Source: Alphaproteobacteria bacterium (GTDB lineage: Bacteria > Pseudomonadota > Alphaproteobacteria > UBA7887). Taken from it: a DNA stretch of 64,000 bases. Made by a program: the position numbers and the translations under genes. Location of the stretch: assembly GCA_965216755.1 (NCBI GenBank), contig CBDCGL010000011.1, positions 1,472,001 through 1,536,000 of the forward strand, read 5' to 3'. The notes below the pieces were generated by a model that had not been told where the DNA came from, did not search any database, and saw nothing but the letters and a program-made list of their open reading frames with translations. Each line of letters starts with the position of its first letter. Position 1 is the first letter of the stretch. Shown here one piece after another: positions 41,499 through 51,150 of the stretch.

Positions 41499-42653
41499 TT
41501 AGATTTGGGTTAGCGGCACATTTAGCTTTTTAATTGTTTCCATGGTCAACTGACCACTGACCAACCCGTTGGAGCGCTGGTAACTGTTCACCGCACGCGT
41601 GGTCAGCGGACCAAGGACCCCATCGATCGGGCCCGGATCGTATCCGGCCTGCCGCAGCGCACTTTGCACATCGCGAATAAGCGTCGCCGACGTGTTTGTT
41701 TCGCAGAGGATCGGTCGCCATTCCATCCGGCCCTCGCTGATTTTCTCTTGTTTTGTGACGGTGCTGTATTCCGCCGGGATGGTCGTCCGACGTTCACTGG
41801 CCGCGTTGACAAGCTTGAGAACTCTTTCCGTTCGATATTCGGCAGGAACAGTGATGGTTCGCGTCGTCGCGGGTGTCACAACCACCTTTTTGCGCACAGT
41901 CTTGTACTCCGCCGGTACCAATACTTTCCGGGTCTTGGCCGGGGCCACCTGCACACGCCGACTAACGGTCTTGTACTCCGCAGGCACTTCCACCAGACAC
42001 ATGATTTCGCCCGTGGCATCGTCTACCTTTTCAATGGGGCCGCGACCTTTCTTCCATGTGGTGTAAGCGGGCCGCACCAGAATCTGCTCCGACACCGTAT
42101 TGTAGACGGCCGGCTCAACGACGAGCTCTTCCGATGCCTCCTTAACCAGAACTTTCTCTTCCTCCCAGCCATATTCCGGCGGAACGGCCTCAATTTTTTC
42201 GCTAGCCTCACTCACAACGACCCGTTCTTCCATCCATTCATATTGCGGTGGAAGTGTCTCGATGCGTTCGCTTGATTCACGAACCAGCACCTGCTCCGAA
42301 ACCGTCCGATACGACGCCGGTACAAATAAGCGGGCATAACATTCGCCAGGTTTGGCATTCGGCGGCAATTCAGCCTCGCCGGAAAGCAACGCCGCTTCCT
42401 GCTGTTCCAATCCCAATTGCGCCTCGGCAAGCTGAAGCTCGAACAGCCCAATTTCACTATCCTTGTCGCTCAGGCTCCGCTCAAGCTCTGTGACCTTTGC
42501 TTCAAGCTGCTCGTTTTGTTGCATGATCACCGCCGACTCCTGCTCGGCAACGGCGAGATCCTGGGCTAGTTGCGCCTCTTCGGAATCGACCTGGCTACAC
42601 GCAGCGCTGACCAATGCAACGGCTGGCAAGATACAGAGACGGCTATATTTCAT
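41499..42653 (-). CDS. Lipoprotein with coiled coil, 23-aa repeats and C-terminal peptidoglycan-binding domain
   Basis: MKYSR...VSAAC lipobox; heptad region; 8 PxxYxTVxxxVxV-type repeats; VQSAL...GYDPGPIDGVLGPLTTRAVNSYQ (PG_binding_1). Confidence 0.85.
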   Translation of the reverse strand: MKYSRLCILPAVALVSAACSQVDSEEAQLAQDLAVAEQESAVIMQQNEQLEAKVTELERSLSDKDSEIGLFELQLAEAQLGLEQQEAALLSGEAELPPNAKPGECYARLFVPASYRTVSEQVLVRESSERIETLPPQYEWMEERVVVSEASEKIEAVPPEYGWEEEKVLVKEASEELVVEPAVYNTVSEQILVRPAYTTWKKGRGPIEKVDDATGEIMCLVEVPAEYKTVSRRVQVAPAKTRKVLVPAEYKTVRKKVVVTPATTRTITVPAEYRTERVLKLVNAASERRTTIPAEYSTVTKQEKISEGRMEWRPILCETNTSATLIRDVQSALRQAGYDPGPIDGVLGPLTTRAVNSYQRSNGLVSGQLTMETIKKLNVPLTQI

Positions 42654-42851
42654 CGCATTTCCCCCGAGATTGCCGGTGACGCTCAGCAAGATGGTCCGCC
42701 CGTGCGCCAGCATAACCACAATCCGTCGACCGGCAGCAAGAAGCTGGCTAACGAGGGCTCATTAAATCGAACCCTCGACGACGAGTCTAGCTTATGCGTC
42801 ACCCAATTGAGGTATATGACAAAACCGGCGATGCCGGCCTATGATGATGGT

Positions 42852-43727
42852 TCAATTCGATACCACCAGGCACGCTTGGCCCTTGCCTTTGAGGAGACTG
42901 CACAGACTCTCGGCTTGCCGACGCGCCAACGGCCCGACGCGCACGCGATGAAATCGGCCACGTCCAGCAATATCGACTGCTGGAAATGAGGCTTGATACG
43001 GCTTCAGAATTTGCGGCGACTGATTGCGGATGTCCTGCCAAGCCCTTTGTGCCCCTTCTAGTCCTGAACCGATGGATGCCAGCTGTACGGCGACCATGTC
43101 ACTTTGCGCCGGTGCCGCCGCTGGCTGGACGGGACGCGTCGTCGGCTCAGGCGCGCGCGCAATGTCAGCGGCCCCAGCCTCAAAGGTGATTTCGGGTTCG
43201 ACTCGAAGCGGCGGTACCGGCTCAGGCGGCGAAATCATATTTTGTTCTGTCTTTTCGATACTACCTGCTGTTTTTTGATCTGTTTCGGAAAGTTGCCGAA
43301 GTAAGTTCATGCTTGGAATATTATTTTTGAACATTGCATAATCGATTGGAAGATTACCGTCGTCGTCGCGCGCCGCCACATCGGCGCCCGCCTTGACCAG
43401 GACTGAGATGATTGAAGGCTGACCGGACAGTGCGCTCAGATGTAGCGGAGTCACGCCTAGCTTGCCGCGCGCGTCGACCGCAGCACCGTATTCCAGGAGA
43501 ACCTGAACCGCCACTAAGTGGCCATTGTGACCGGCCAAATGAAGTGCGGTATAACCATTGCCGTCGGTCGCCGTCAGATCGGCGCCGTCCGCGATTATTT
43601 GCTTAATTCCGGCGACATCACCATTCCGCGCGGCAGCGTGCAAATCCGCGCCGCTGGCCGCCGCAGCGGCACCAAAAATAAATACTGCCGATAGTGAAAG
43701 CGACAATAATGCGTGTCGTACGCGCAT
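42852..43727 (-). CDS. Secreted ankyrin-repeat plus SPOR domain protein
   Basis: Signal peptide; ankyrin motifs LHAAARNG, GYTALHLA, GVTPLHLS, GNLPIDYA; Pro-rich linker; VQLAS...HRVRVGP...AESLC...C SPOR domain. Confidence 0.85.
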   Translation of the reverse strand: MRVRHALLSLSLSAVFIFGAAAAASGADLHAAARNGDVAGIKQIIADGADLTATDGNGYTALHLAGHNGHLVAVQVLLEYGAAVDARGKLGVTPLHLSALSGQPSIISVLVKAGADVAARDDDGNLPIDYAMFKNNIPSMNLLRQLSETDQKTAGSIEKTEQNMISPPEPVPPLRVEPEITFEAGAADIARAPEPTTRPVQPAAAPAQSDMVAVQLASIGSGLEGAQRAWQDIRNQSPQILKPYQASFPAVDIAGRGRFHRVRVGPLARRQAESLCSLLKGKGQACLVVSN

Positions 43728-43936
43728 TCGACCCCCTTAACAAAACCATGCCGCTCAGAGCATGAATTGATGTGAGGCCACCATAATCGCCTTGATCGGA
43801 TTCTTTGGCAAGTCTTGTCGCCGACTATTCGTTTGTTTGCCCTGTCCTTAGATGCGTAACCGTCTACATGGCACGTTAGGCGAACGATTGATTAGGCACT
43901 TAATCGAAGACCTTGGGCGCGCCGATGGCGATCAGA

Positions 43937-45391
43937 TCATTCCGCCGCCGACGCCAACCCGGCCGCGTCCACCACCGACGGCGAGAGATAGGCACCTTGG
44001 CGCAGCAGGGTGCGTTGGATTAGGCGAGGGTCCACGTCGCGCGGTTTTAGGCCGGTGTCGACAGCTAGCGCCGCCGCGACGCCGGCGGCTTGCCCCGTCA
44101 GCCAGCATTGCGGCACCTCACGCAATAACGAATGGGAGCTGGCATCGCAGGCGATATGCCGGCCAGCGGCCAACACACCATCCAACCCGACCGGCACCAG
44201 CGCGCCATATGGCACCGATATATTTGGGAACTTGGGCGACAGCGACGTAGACACACCAATCTCGTCGTCCCAAACCTTGCCCTCATCCCATTGCGCCCGC
44301 GTCACCTTACGAACGCCGCCCAGGCGCCGGCTGTGACGCACGCCAATCTGCGGCGCACCCAACATCAAAAACGCATTCTCGAACCCCGGCGCGTGCGCCC
44401 GATACAGGTCCAAGTGGCCTATGGTCAACCGGCGCGAACGGATCTCCACTTCGGTCAGATCCTCGACATCGACGGCGCTGTAACCGGACAGTCGCGGCCC
44501 CATAAACAGGGCCACGTCGTTACGCCAAGACACGAACGGTTTTTCGAACGACTTCAGGCTCTCGCGACCGCGCGCCATGAAATCGGCATAGCCCCGTTTG
44601 TCTTCGGTACGAAACGCGATCCAACGCTCCATATCCACGCCGCCCAGCAGAAATGCGGTGTTGATACAATGATGGATATCGCTCGCATCGATATCGGACT
44701 CCAGCGCCGCACCAGCCCGCGCCAATAGGTCGGCGTCGCCCGTGGTATCGATGACCACTTTTGCGAGAATAGCGTGGCGTCCTTCCTTGCTCTCAAACAT
44801 GGCGCCGCACAAAATATTGCCGTCGACGATCGGCGCCGCCGCCCAAGCGTGGAATACCGGCTGGACTTTTTGTTCAAGTACCATTTCCAGCGAAAGTGTC
44901 TTGAGCGCCTCTGGGTCTACGGTCGGCGCCCAGGTGACGATGCCGTGATAAGCGGCGGTCCGCTGCGCCCAATAGGCCGCCGTGGCCGCATCCTTCGAAC
45001 CCCAGTCCGCACGCGGCGGCCCCTGCACCGCGTCCTTGGGCAAACGGTCCAAATAGTCACAGGCAATACCGGCGATCACTTGTTGGCCCGACCAATCGGT
45101 CATGCGGTCGATCCAAATGACCAACCCGCCGGTCGACAATCCACCCAAATGATTGTAACGCTCGACCAACATGACATCGGCGCCGATGCGGCCTGCCGCG
45201 ATGGCCGCGGAGGTTCCAGCCGGACCGCCGCCCACCACCAAGACGTCGGTTTCGGCAAATACCGGAATCTCACGTGCGGCTTCGGTAACAGTGCGACTTG
45301 GGCGCGATCGACGCGCCGCACGGCCCTCGCCGCCAAACATTTCAATGCCTTGTTGTTCAAGAATGCCGGTGGTCAAATTCTCGTCAGCCAT
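43937..45391 (-). CDS. FAD-dependent oxidoreductase (FAD_oxidored-like family)
   Basis: DVLVVGGGPAG, LGGLSTGG, IDTTGDAD, GVRHSRR, VPYGALVP, GQAAGVAAA. Confidence 0.87.
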   Translation of the reverse strand: MADENLTTGILEQQGIEMFGGEGRAARRSRPSRTVTEAAREIPVFAETDVLVVGGGPAGTSAAIAAGRIGADVMLVERYNHLGGLSTGGLVIWIDRMTDWSGQQVIAGIACDYLDRLPKDAVQGPPRADWGSKDAATAAYWAQRTAAYHGIVTWAPTVDPEALKTLSLEMVLEQKVQPVFHAWAAAPIVDGNILCGAMFESKEGRHAILAKVVIDTTGDADLLARAGAALESDIDASDIHHCINTAFLLGGVDMERWIAFRTEDKRGYADFMARGRESLKSFEKPFVSWRNDVALFMGPRLSGYSAVDVEDLTEVEIRSRRLTIGHLDLYRAHAPGFENAFLMLGAPQIGVRHSRRLGGVRKVTRAQWDEGKVWDDEIGVSTSLSPKFPNISVPYGALVPVGLDGVLAAGRHIACDASSHSLLREVPQCWLTGQAAGVAAALAVDTGLKPRDVDPRLIQRTLLRQGAYLSPSVVDAAGLASAAE

Positions 45392-45517
45392 ATCGCCCTC
45401 GTCTGGTGACCGTCCGTGCGATTCGCCGCCGGCCCGCAATTGACGCCCAACGCAGTTATCCCTAGCCTACCGCCAGCTACCGATAAATCAATATGTGAAC
45501 ATTCCAGGGAGAGAGAC

Positions 45518-46567
45518 GTGCGCGGCGCAGTATTCACGGGCAACCGGACCGTCGAAATCCAAGAGTTCCCGGACCCATCCCCGGGGCCCGGCGAGGTCGT
45601 GTTGGAAATCAAGGCCTCAGGCATGTGTGGCAGCGACCTCAAATTTTACCGCGCGGCGCCGGGCGAGATGCAAAAGGCTCTGGGCCTTGGCGACGTCACC
45701 GAACCGACGATTGCGGGACACGAACCCTGTGGCGTCGTCGTCGCGGTTGGCGATGGTGTCACTGAGCGACAGGCCCGTATCGGCCAGCGCGTGATGGACC
45801 ACCACTATGCCGGTTGCGGCGTGTGTCGCCATTGCCGGGTCGGCTGGTCGCAATTGTGCCGGGAGGGCTTTGTCGTTTATGGCGCGACGGCGCACGGGGC
45901 CCACGCCGACTATATGAAAGTGCCCGCACGCACCTTGGTTGCTCTGCCGGACGCGCTGTCGTTTGACACTGGCGCGGCCATTGCCTGTGGCACCGGCACC
46001 GCCTATGGCGCGATCCGGCGCATGAATCTGTCGGGCCACGATACGTTGGCGGTGTTTGGTCAGGGACCGGTTGGTCTGTCGGCTACCCAGCTGGCGACCG
46101 CCATGGGCGCGCGCGTGATCGCGCTTGACACCAACGGCGCGCGGCGCGATCTCGCTAAGAAATTCGGCGCCAACTCCGTCATCAACCCGATTGACGACGA
46201 CCCGGTGCAAGCCCTGAAGGAACTGACCCACGGTGAAGGTGTCGATCTCGCGCTCGATTGCTCATCGGCCGAGACGGCGCGGTCGGCTGCAATAAAGGCA
46301 ACACGGACCTGGGGCACCGTATGCTTTGTCGGTGAAGGCGGCAACGTGACCATCGATGTCAGCACCGACATGCTGCGGCGCCAGCTCACCCTAATCGGAT
46401 CGTGGACGTTTTCGACTGTCATCCAAGAGGAGTGCGCCCGCTTCATCGCTGACCGCGGGATCAATGTGGACAGCCTGTTTACAGAGCATTACACACTCGA
46501 TCAAGTCACCGACGCCTACCAATTGTTCGATACGCAATCGACAGGCAAGGGCGTGATACGGTTTTAG
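45518..46567 (+). CDS. Zinc-dependent alcohol dehydrogenase (MDR family)
   Basis: [17 protein letters not shown]...C structural Zn site, GQGPVG; GTG start after GGGAGAG. Confidence 0.92.
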   Translation: MRGAVFTGNRTVEIQEFPDPSPGPGEVVLEIKASGMCGSDLKFYRAAPGEMQKALGLGDVTEPTIAGHEPCGVVVAVGDGVTERQARIGQRVMDHHYAGCGVCRHCRVGWSQLCREGFVVYGATAHGAHADYMKVPARTLVALPDALSFDTGAAIACGTGTAYGAIRRMNLSGHDTLAVFGQGPVGLSATQLATAMGARVIALDTNGARRDLAKKFGANSVINPIDDDPVQALKELTHGEGVDLALDCSSAETARSAAIKATRTWGTVCFVGEGGNVTIDVSTDMLRRQLTLIGSWTFSTVIQEECARFIADRGINVDSLFTEHYTLDQVTDAYQLFDTQSTGKGVIRF

Positions 46568-47241
46568 CGGCAAAATTCTTGAGGGTTAAGATGACAGCGT
46601 AAAAGAGCAGCTGAAACCTCGGCCGCCCCGCGTTGCTTTAGAAATCGGTCAATGCCACCTATGATCGCTTGGTGCTCAATCTCGCAAATTTCGATGACTT
46701 GGTCGATATCGCGGACAGCGTCACCGCGGCTGAGTGCGCCTTCAAGGACGCGCGCGCTCTGGTAGAGCGCGTCAGCGCCGATCGCGCTCGCAAACCCTTT
46801 TAGATCATGAGCAAGCGCGCGAGCGTCCGTGCAATCATTCCGCGCCAGCGACGCGCGGATGTCCCGGATTGCGGTATCGTGACCTTCAAGAAACAGCTCA
46901 AGGGCCTTCCGATAAATTTTCTGATCACGGCCTAAGCGTCGAAATGCGGCCTCAACGTCGTCAAAGCCTGATATGACCTTGAGGGATTCGGTGAATGACC
47001 GATCCTCGCTTTCTTCCAGGCTGCTAGACGCTTTGACATGTGAGATGTCATCTGCGACCGCGCTGCTCTCGACGTCAATCTCGCCACTCATCATGTTCAC
47101 GAACTCACGCGAAATGGCCAACCCCAAACCGGTGCCACCATATTTCCGCGAGAAGGACGTGTCAGCTTGTGCAAATTTCTGAAACAGTTTTGCACGTTGC
47201 GCGGGCGTTATCCCGACGCCCGTTTCGCGCACTGCGAATTT
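46564..47241 (-). pseudogene. Remnant of a hybrid histidine kinase: C-terminal half of HATPase_c joined to an Hpt domain
   Basis: [10 protein letters not shown] (G1 box with D>E), [25 protein letters not shown], then an Hpt domain with AHDLKG; no HisKA, N-box or REC; in-frame TAG just upstream at the edge of the palindromic element. Confidence 0.7.
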
Positions 47242-47251
47242 TGGGAACTAA

Positions 47252-47350
47252 GGTGACAGTTTACTAAATACGAGTGAACAATCTTTGGTGCTTTTTTGAA
47301 GTCGGCATTTGCGTATTTAGTAAACTGTCACCGTAATTCACCGTAATTCC
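47252..47350. repeat. Palindromic REP/MITE-like element (copy C)
   Basis: Perfect 21-bp inverted repeat GGTGACAGTTTACTAAATACG (47252-72) / CGTATTTAGTAAACTGTCACC (47312-32); 20-bp core identical to copy B; followed by tandem CACCGTAATT x2. Confidence 0.9.
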
Positions 47351-47355
47351 GACGT

Positions 47356-47652
47356 TCAAACCGTCGGCATCTGTATAAAACCCGGCTCGACGCGCCCCGG
47401 CTCCGACCCACGTTCGACTCTGTCCACACGGGCCGCCCGCGGTCCCTGATGGCAGGCGGCGACCATCGCATCGACCGCGGCGCGCGGCCCGGCGAAGACT
47501 GCCTCGACATCGCCGTTGCGGCGATTGCGGACCCAACCGTCTAGACCGTGCCGGGCGGCCTCGCGCGCTGTCCATGCGCGAAACCACACGCCCTGGACGC
47601 GCCCGGTTATCCGCACGCGTACGACCGCTCTATCGCCATTTCCCGCCGCCAT
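47356..47652 (-). CDS. acyP: Acylphosphatase
   Basis: GRVQGVWFR, GWVRNRRNGDVEA, GPRAARV. Confidence 0.92.
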   Translation of the reverse strand: MAAGNGDRAVVRVRITGRVQGVWFRAWTAREAARHGLDGWVRNRRNGDVEAVFAGPRAAVDAMVAACHQGPRAARVDRVERGSEPGRVEPGFIQMPTV

Positions 47653-47715
47653 TCGCATGCCCTATAGCAAATCACGCCAGTTCATGGCGTAATACCTATC
47701 GGAAGGACGCGCCAG

Positions 47716-48234
47716 ATGACATTTGAATCCATGCTTAACGTCTTTTGTCACGCCGTCGAAACTGGTGATGGTAAAGCGCTCGCCGCCCTGTTCACGGTCG
47801 ACGGTGTCTATCACGACGGCTTTTATGGTGCCTTTCGCGGCCGTGACGCCATTGCGGAAATGCTTACGGACCGCTTTCACGGGGACGCGCGAGATTTCCT
47901 TTGGGAAATGAACAACGCCGTGCGCAGCGGTGACGTTGGCTATGCCAGCTATCGTTTCAGCTATACGTCGCGCTTGGCCGGCGCCGATGGTCGTCGTGTG
48001 ATCTTTGAAGGCATCGGCCGGTTCCGGTTCGCCGGCGATCTGATCGAATCCTATGATGAGGTGTTCGACGCAAGCATTGCCATGGTGCAGTTGGATTTTG
48101 CCGGTGATCGTATCGCACGTCGCGCCACCCGCGTCGCCACGGCTTTGCGCAGCAGCGCCGGCGACCAGCACCTGAAAGGGGCGAGCCCAGCCATCGCGTC
48201 GTCTACCGCGTCAGCTACTCAAACGTCAGAATAA
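47716..48234 (+). CDS. NTF2/SnoaL-like protein
   Basis: LAALFTVDGVYHDGFYGAFRGRDAI, FEG...F...LIESYDE. Confidence 0.8.
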   Translation: MTFESMLNVFCHAVETGDGKALAALFTVDGVYHDGFYGAFRGRDAIAEMLTDRFHGDARDFLWEMNNAVRSGDVGYASYRFSYTSRLAGADGRRVIFEGIGRFRFAGDLIESYDEVFDASIAMVQLDFAGDRIARRATRVATALRSSAGDQHLKGASPAIASSTASATQTSE

Positions 48235-50200
48235 CCTCGTCGACCGCGACGCTGTCGCCGGCCGCGATATTTACCGCTGCAATGGTGCCGTCACGCTCGG
48301 CCCGCAGAACATTTTCCATCTTCATGGCGTCGACCACGCAGAGTTCCTCGCCCGCCTTCACTTTGTCGCCGGCTTCGACGGCGATCGATACGATCAGCCC
48401 CGGCATAGGCGACAACAGATAGCGCGAAAGGTCGGGGGGAAACTTCGCCGGCATGCGCGCCGCAAACATCGCGGCGCGGGCGGTTCGCACGGTAATAGCG
48501 ACACGGGCGCCGCCATAGCTCAGACGATACCCCTCCGTAAGCGGGTCGATCTGCACGTGGACCCCGGTCCCATTGACCTGCCCTTCGAAGATGACCTGAC
48601 CGGGCCACCAATCACCGCGAACCGTTAGCAGGCCATCACCGGTTTCAACATTGGCACCGCCAGCGGCATCGCGCAGGGTGACCGGCACTTCTTCGCCAGC
48701 CATCGCGACGACCCAATCGGCGCCGGGCGCATAGCGACCTTGATCGGTACGACCGGAAATGCGAGCGGTGCGCGCTTCGCGACGGGCATGCACGGTCGCA
48801 GCGACCGCAATGAGCACCTGCTTCTCATCCGGCGCCGGGCGCGCATGATCGAAACCGTCGGGATAGGTCTCGGCGATAAAATTTGTCGTCAAGTCGCCGG
48901 ATATGAAAGCCGGCTGCGCCATGACCGCGGACAAGAAGCTGATATTGTGGTTGACGCCGCGGACATGGAAAGCGCCGAGCGCGGCCCGCATGCGTTTGCG
49001 TGCTTCTTCCCGGTTGGCGCCGTGCGTGACCAGCTTGGCGATCATGGGATCGTAGTACATCGAGACCTCACTGCCCTCATAGACGCCGGTATCGACCCGA
49101 ACCGACGGCCCTTCCGGCGGCGGCGCAAAGCGGGTCAATCGGCCGATCGACGGCATGAAGCCGCGGCTTGGGTCTTCGGCGTAGATGCGGGCTTCCATTG
49201 CCCAGCCGTTCACTGGTACGTCGTCTTGAGTAAATGGCAGCGCGCCACCATCGGCGATCGAAATCATCAACTCCACCAAATCGAAGCCGGTAATCATTTC
49301 GGTGATCGGGTGCTCGACTTGCAGGCGGGTATTCATTTCCAGGAAATAGAACGACTTATCGGCTCCTACGACAAATTCCACAGTGCCGGCAGAGCTGTAA
49401 CTGACCGCCCTGGAAAGGGCCACCGCTTGTTCGCCCATGGCGCGACGCATTTCCAAGTCGACGAGCGGGCTCGGCGCCTCTTCGATCACTTTTTGGTGGC
49501 GTCGCTGAATCGAGCATTCACGTTCGTTCAAATAGACAGTGTTGCCGTGGCCGTCGGCCAGAACCTGGATCTCGATGTGCCGCGGCTGCTCGATAAACTT
49601 CTCAATGAACACGCGATCATCGCCGAAGCTGGATCGAGCTTCGTTTTGGGCCGAGCGAAACCCGTCGAGAACTTCGTCATCGGAATAGGCGATCCGCATG
49701 CCCTTGCCGCCGCCACCGGCCGACGCCTTGATCATCACTGGATATCCGACGTCGCGGGCGACCGGCACGGCGGCGTCGGCATCGGCAATCGCGTCGGGGC
49801 TACCAGGGATGGTGTTAACGCCGGCTTGAGCGGCGAGACGCTTGGATTCGATCTTGTCGCCCATAGCGGCGATCGCTTCCGCAGACGGCCCTATGAAAGT
49901 GATCCCTGCTTCGTCCAGGGCGCGCACAAAGCCGGCGTTTTCAGCCAGAAACCCGTAGCCCGGGTGAACGGCGTCGGCGCCGGTCTCTTGCGCCGCGCGT
50001 AATACATTGTCGATGACCAAATAGCTTTCGGCCGACGGCGCCGGCCCGATCGCAACCGCCTGGTCCGCCATGCGGACATGCAGCGCATCGGCGTCCGCTT
50101 CGGAATAGACCGCAACGGTCTTGAGCCCCATGGCTCGGGAGCTGCGCATCACGCGGCAGGCAATTTCGCCACGGTTGGCGACCAAGATCTTTGAAATCAC
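48215..50200 (-). CDS. pccA: Propionyl-CoA carboxylase alpha subunit
   Basis: ANRGEIA, MGDKIESK, SSFGDDRVFIEKF, LLSPMPG, AMKMENVLRAE. Confidence 0.9.
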   Translation of the reverse strand: MISKILVANRGEIACRVMRSSRAMGLKTVAVYSEADADALHVRMADQAVAIGPAPSAESYLVIDNVLRAAQETGADAVHPGYGFLAENAGFVRALDEAGITFIGPSAEAIAAMGDKIESKRLAAQAGVNTIPGSPDAIADADAAVPVARDVGYPVMIKASAGGGGKGMRIAYSDDEVLDGFRSAQNEARSSFGDDRVFIEKFIEQPRHIEIQVLADGHGNTVYLNERECSIQRRHQKVIEEAPSPLVDLEMRRAMGEQAVALSRAVSYSSAGTVEFVVGADKSFYFLEMNTRLQVEHPITEMITGFDLVELMISIADGGALPFTQDDVPVNGWAMEARIYAEDPSRGFMPSIGRLTRFAPPPEGPSVRVDTGVYEGSEVSMYYDPMIAKLVTHGANREEARKRMRAALGAFHVRGVNHNISFLSAVMAQPAFISGDLTTNFIAETYPDGFDHARPAPDEKQVLIAVAATVHARREARTARISGRTDQGRYAPGADWVVAMAGEEVPVTLRDAAGGANVETGDGLLTVRGDWWPGQVIFEGQVNGTGVHVQIDPLTEGYRLSYGGARVAITVRTARAAMFAARMPAKFPPDLSRYLLSPMPGLIVSIAVEAGDKVKAGEELCVVDAMKMENVLRAERDGTIAAVNIAAGDSVAVDEVILTFE

Positions 50201-50320
50201 AATCTACCCCTCGGCCAATAAGCCGCGCATTGCGCCGAAACGAAATTGGAATGTCAACCAAGCATCGCTTGGCCTTCGCGACCGTTCACATTACATGAGT
50301 CGCAATTTCGGGAGCTGCTG

Positions 50321-50860
50321 ATGGCGCAATCTGATGATGGCTTATCCACGACAGCCACGCGGCCGCTATGTGACAGTGCGCGCGGGCTTGATCGGTGGTT
50401 GGATCTTGCCCTCTTAATTTCGGCGGTGTTGCTGATTGTCGGCTGGACAGCGCCGATTATGACGATCCGAAAACTGTACGTATTTCGGGAACCGGTGTCG
50501 ATCTTCCAGGCCCTGGGCGCTTTGTTGGAAACCGGAGACTTACTTCTGTTCGCGGTGATTGGTGGTTTTACGGTTCTCATCCCGGCGATCAAGCTTTGCT
50601 TTGCTCTGCACCTTTGGCATGCTGGCGGGCGTGAAGCACGGGCGCGGGTGCGTGCCCTGCAGCGGCTTGAATTCATCGGGCGGTGGTCAATGATCGATGT
50701 ATTTTTGATCGCGTTAACGGTGGCCGCACTGAAGATCAGCTTGGTCGCGGATGTGCACATCCATTGGGGCCTTTATGCGCTCATCGGTGCGATCCTGCTG
50801 TCGATGGTCGCAGTGGCGCGGATTACCGTATTAGCCCGTGGCGCGGTCGAAAACCGTTAA
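50321..50860 (+). CDS. Paraquat-inducible protein A domain membrane protein (single domain)
   Basis: PIMTI, SIFQ, FTVLIPAIK, IGRWSMIDVF; GGAG RBS before ATG 50321. Confidence 0.82.
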   Translation: MAQSDDGLSTTATRPLCDSARGLDRWLDLALLISAVLLIVGWTAPIMTIRKLYVFREPVSIFQALGALLETGDLLLFAVIGGFTVLIPAIKLCFALHLWHAGGREARARVRALQRLEFIGRWSMIDVFLIALTVAALKISLVADVHIHWGLYALIGAILLSMVAVARITVLARGAVENR

Positions 50861-51150
50861 TCGTCACCCTTGCGATCGAGGATTTCACGCACTTTTTCGT
50901 CCTCCCATTCGCGCGTCAGCCATGGCAATCGTCGGAACACCACGGCCCAGTGAATGGCGAGCCCGACGCCCCACGCCAGAATGACAAGATGCAACTGACC
51001 ATCGCCCGGCGTCGCCGCGTCCAGCACTGCCAGGAGCAGAATCACGACGACAAAAACCGCGGCATGGGTATAGAAGCCGCGGACCGCACGCACATGCTTG
51101 CGCACACGGCGCTCTAGCTCATGGGTTTCGTGGGTCTCTTGATCGCTCAT
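50857..51150 (-). CDS. 2TM domain protein
   Basis: [12 protein letters not shown]...WGVGLAIHW...[10 protein letters not shown]; ATGA overlap with the pccB stop. Confidence 0.82.
   Translation of the reverse strand: MSDQETHETHELERRVRKHVRAVRGFYTHAAVFVVVILLLAVLDAATPGDGQLHLVILAWGVGLAIHWAVVFRRLPWLTREWEDEKVREILDRKGDD

Noticed and set aside
48740-50002. Long antisense ORFs (420 aa here; also 20886-21917, 36195-37160, 17925-18809)
   Set aside because: They lie opposite well-supported genes, are expected in high-GC DNA and contain no recognisable domains
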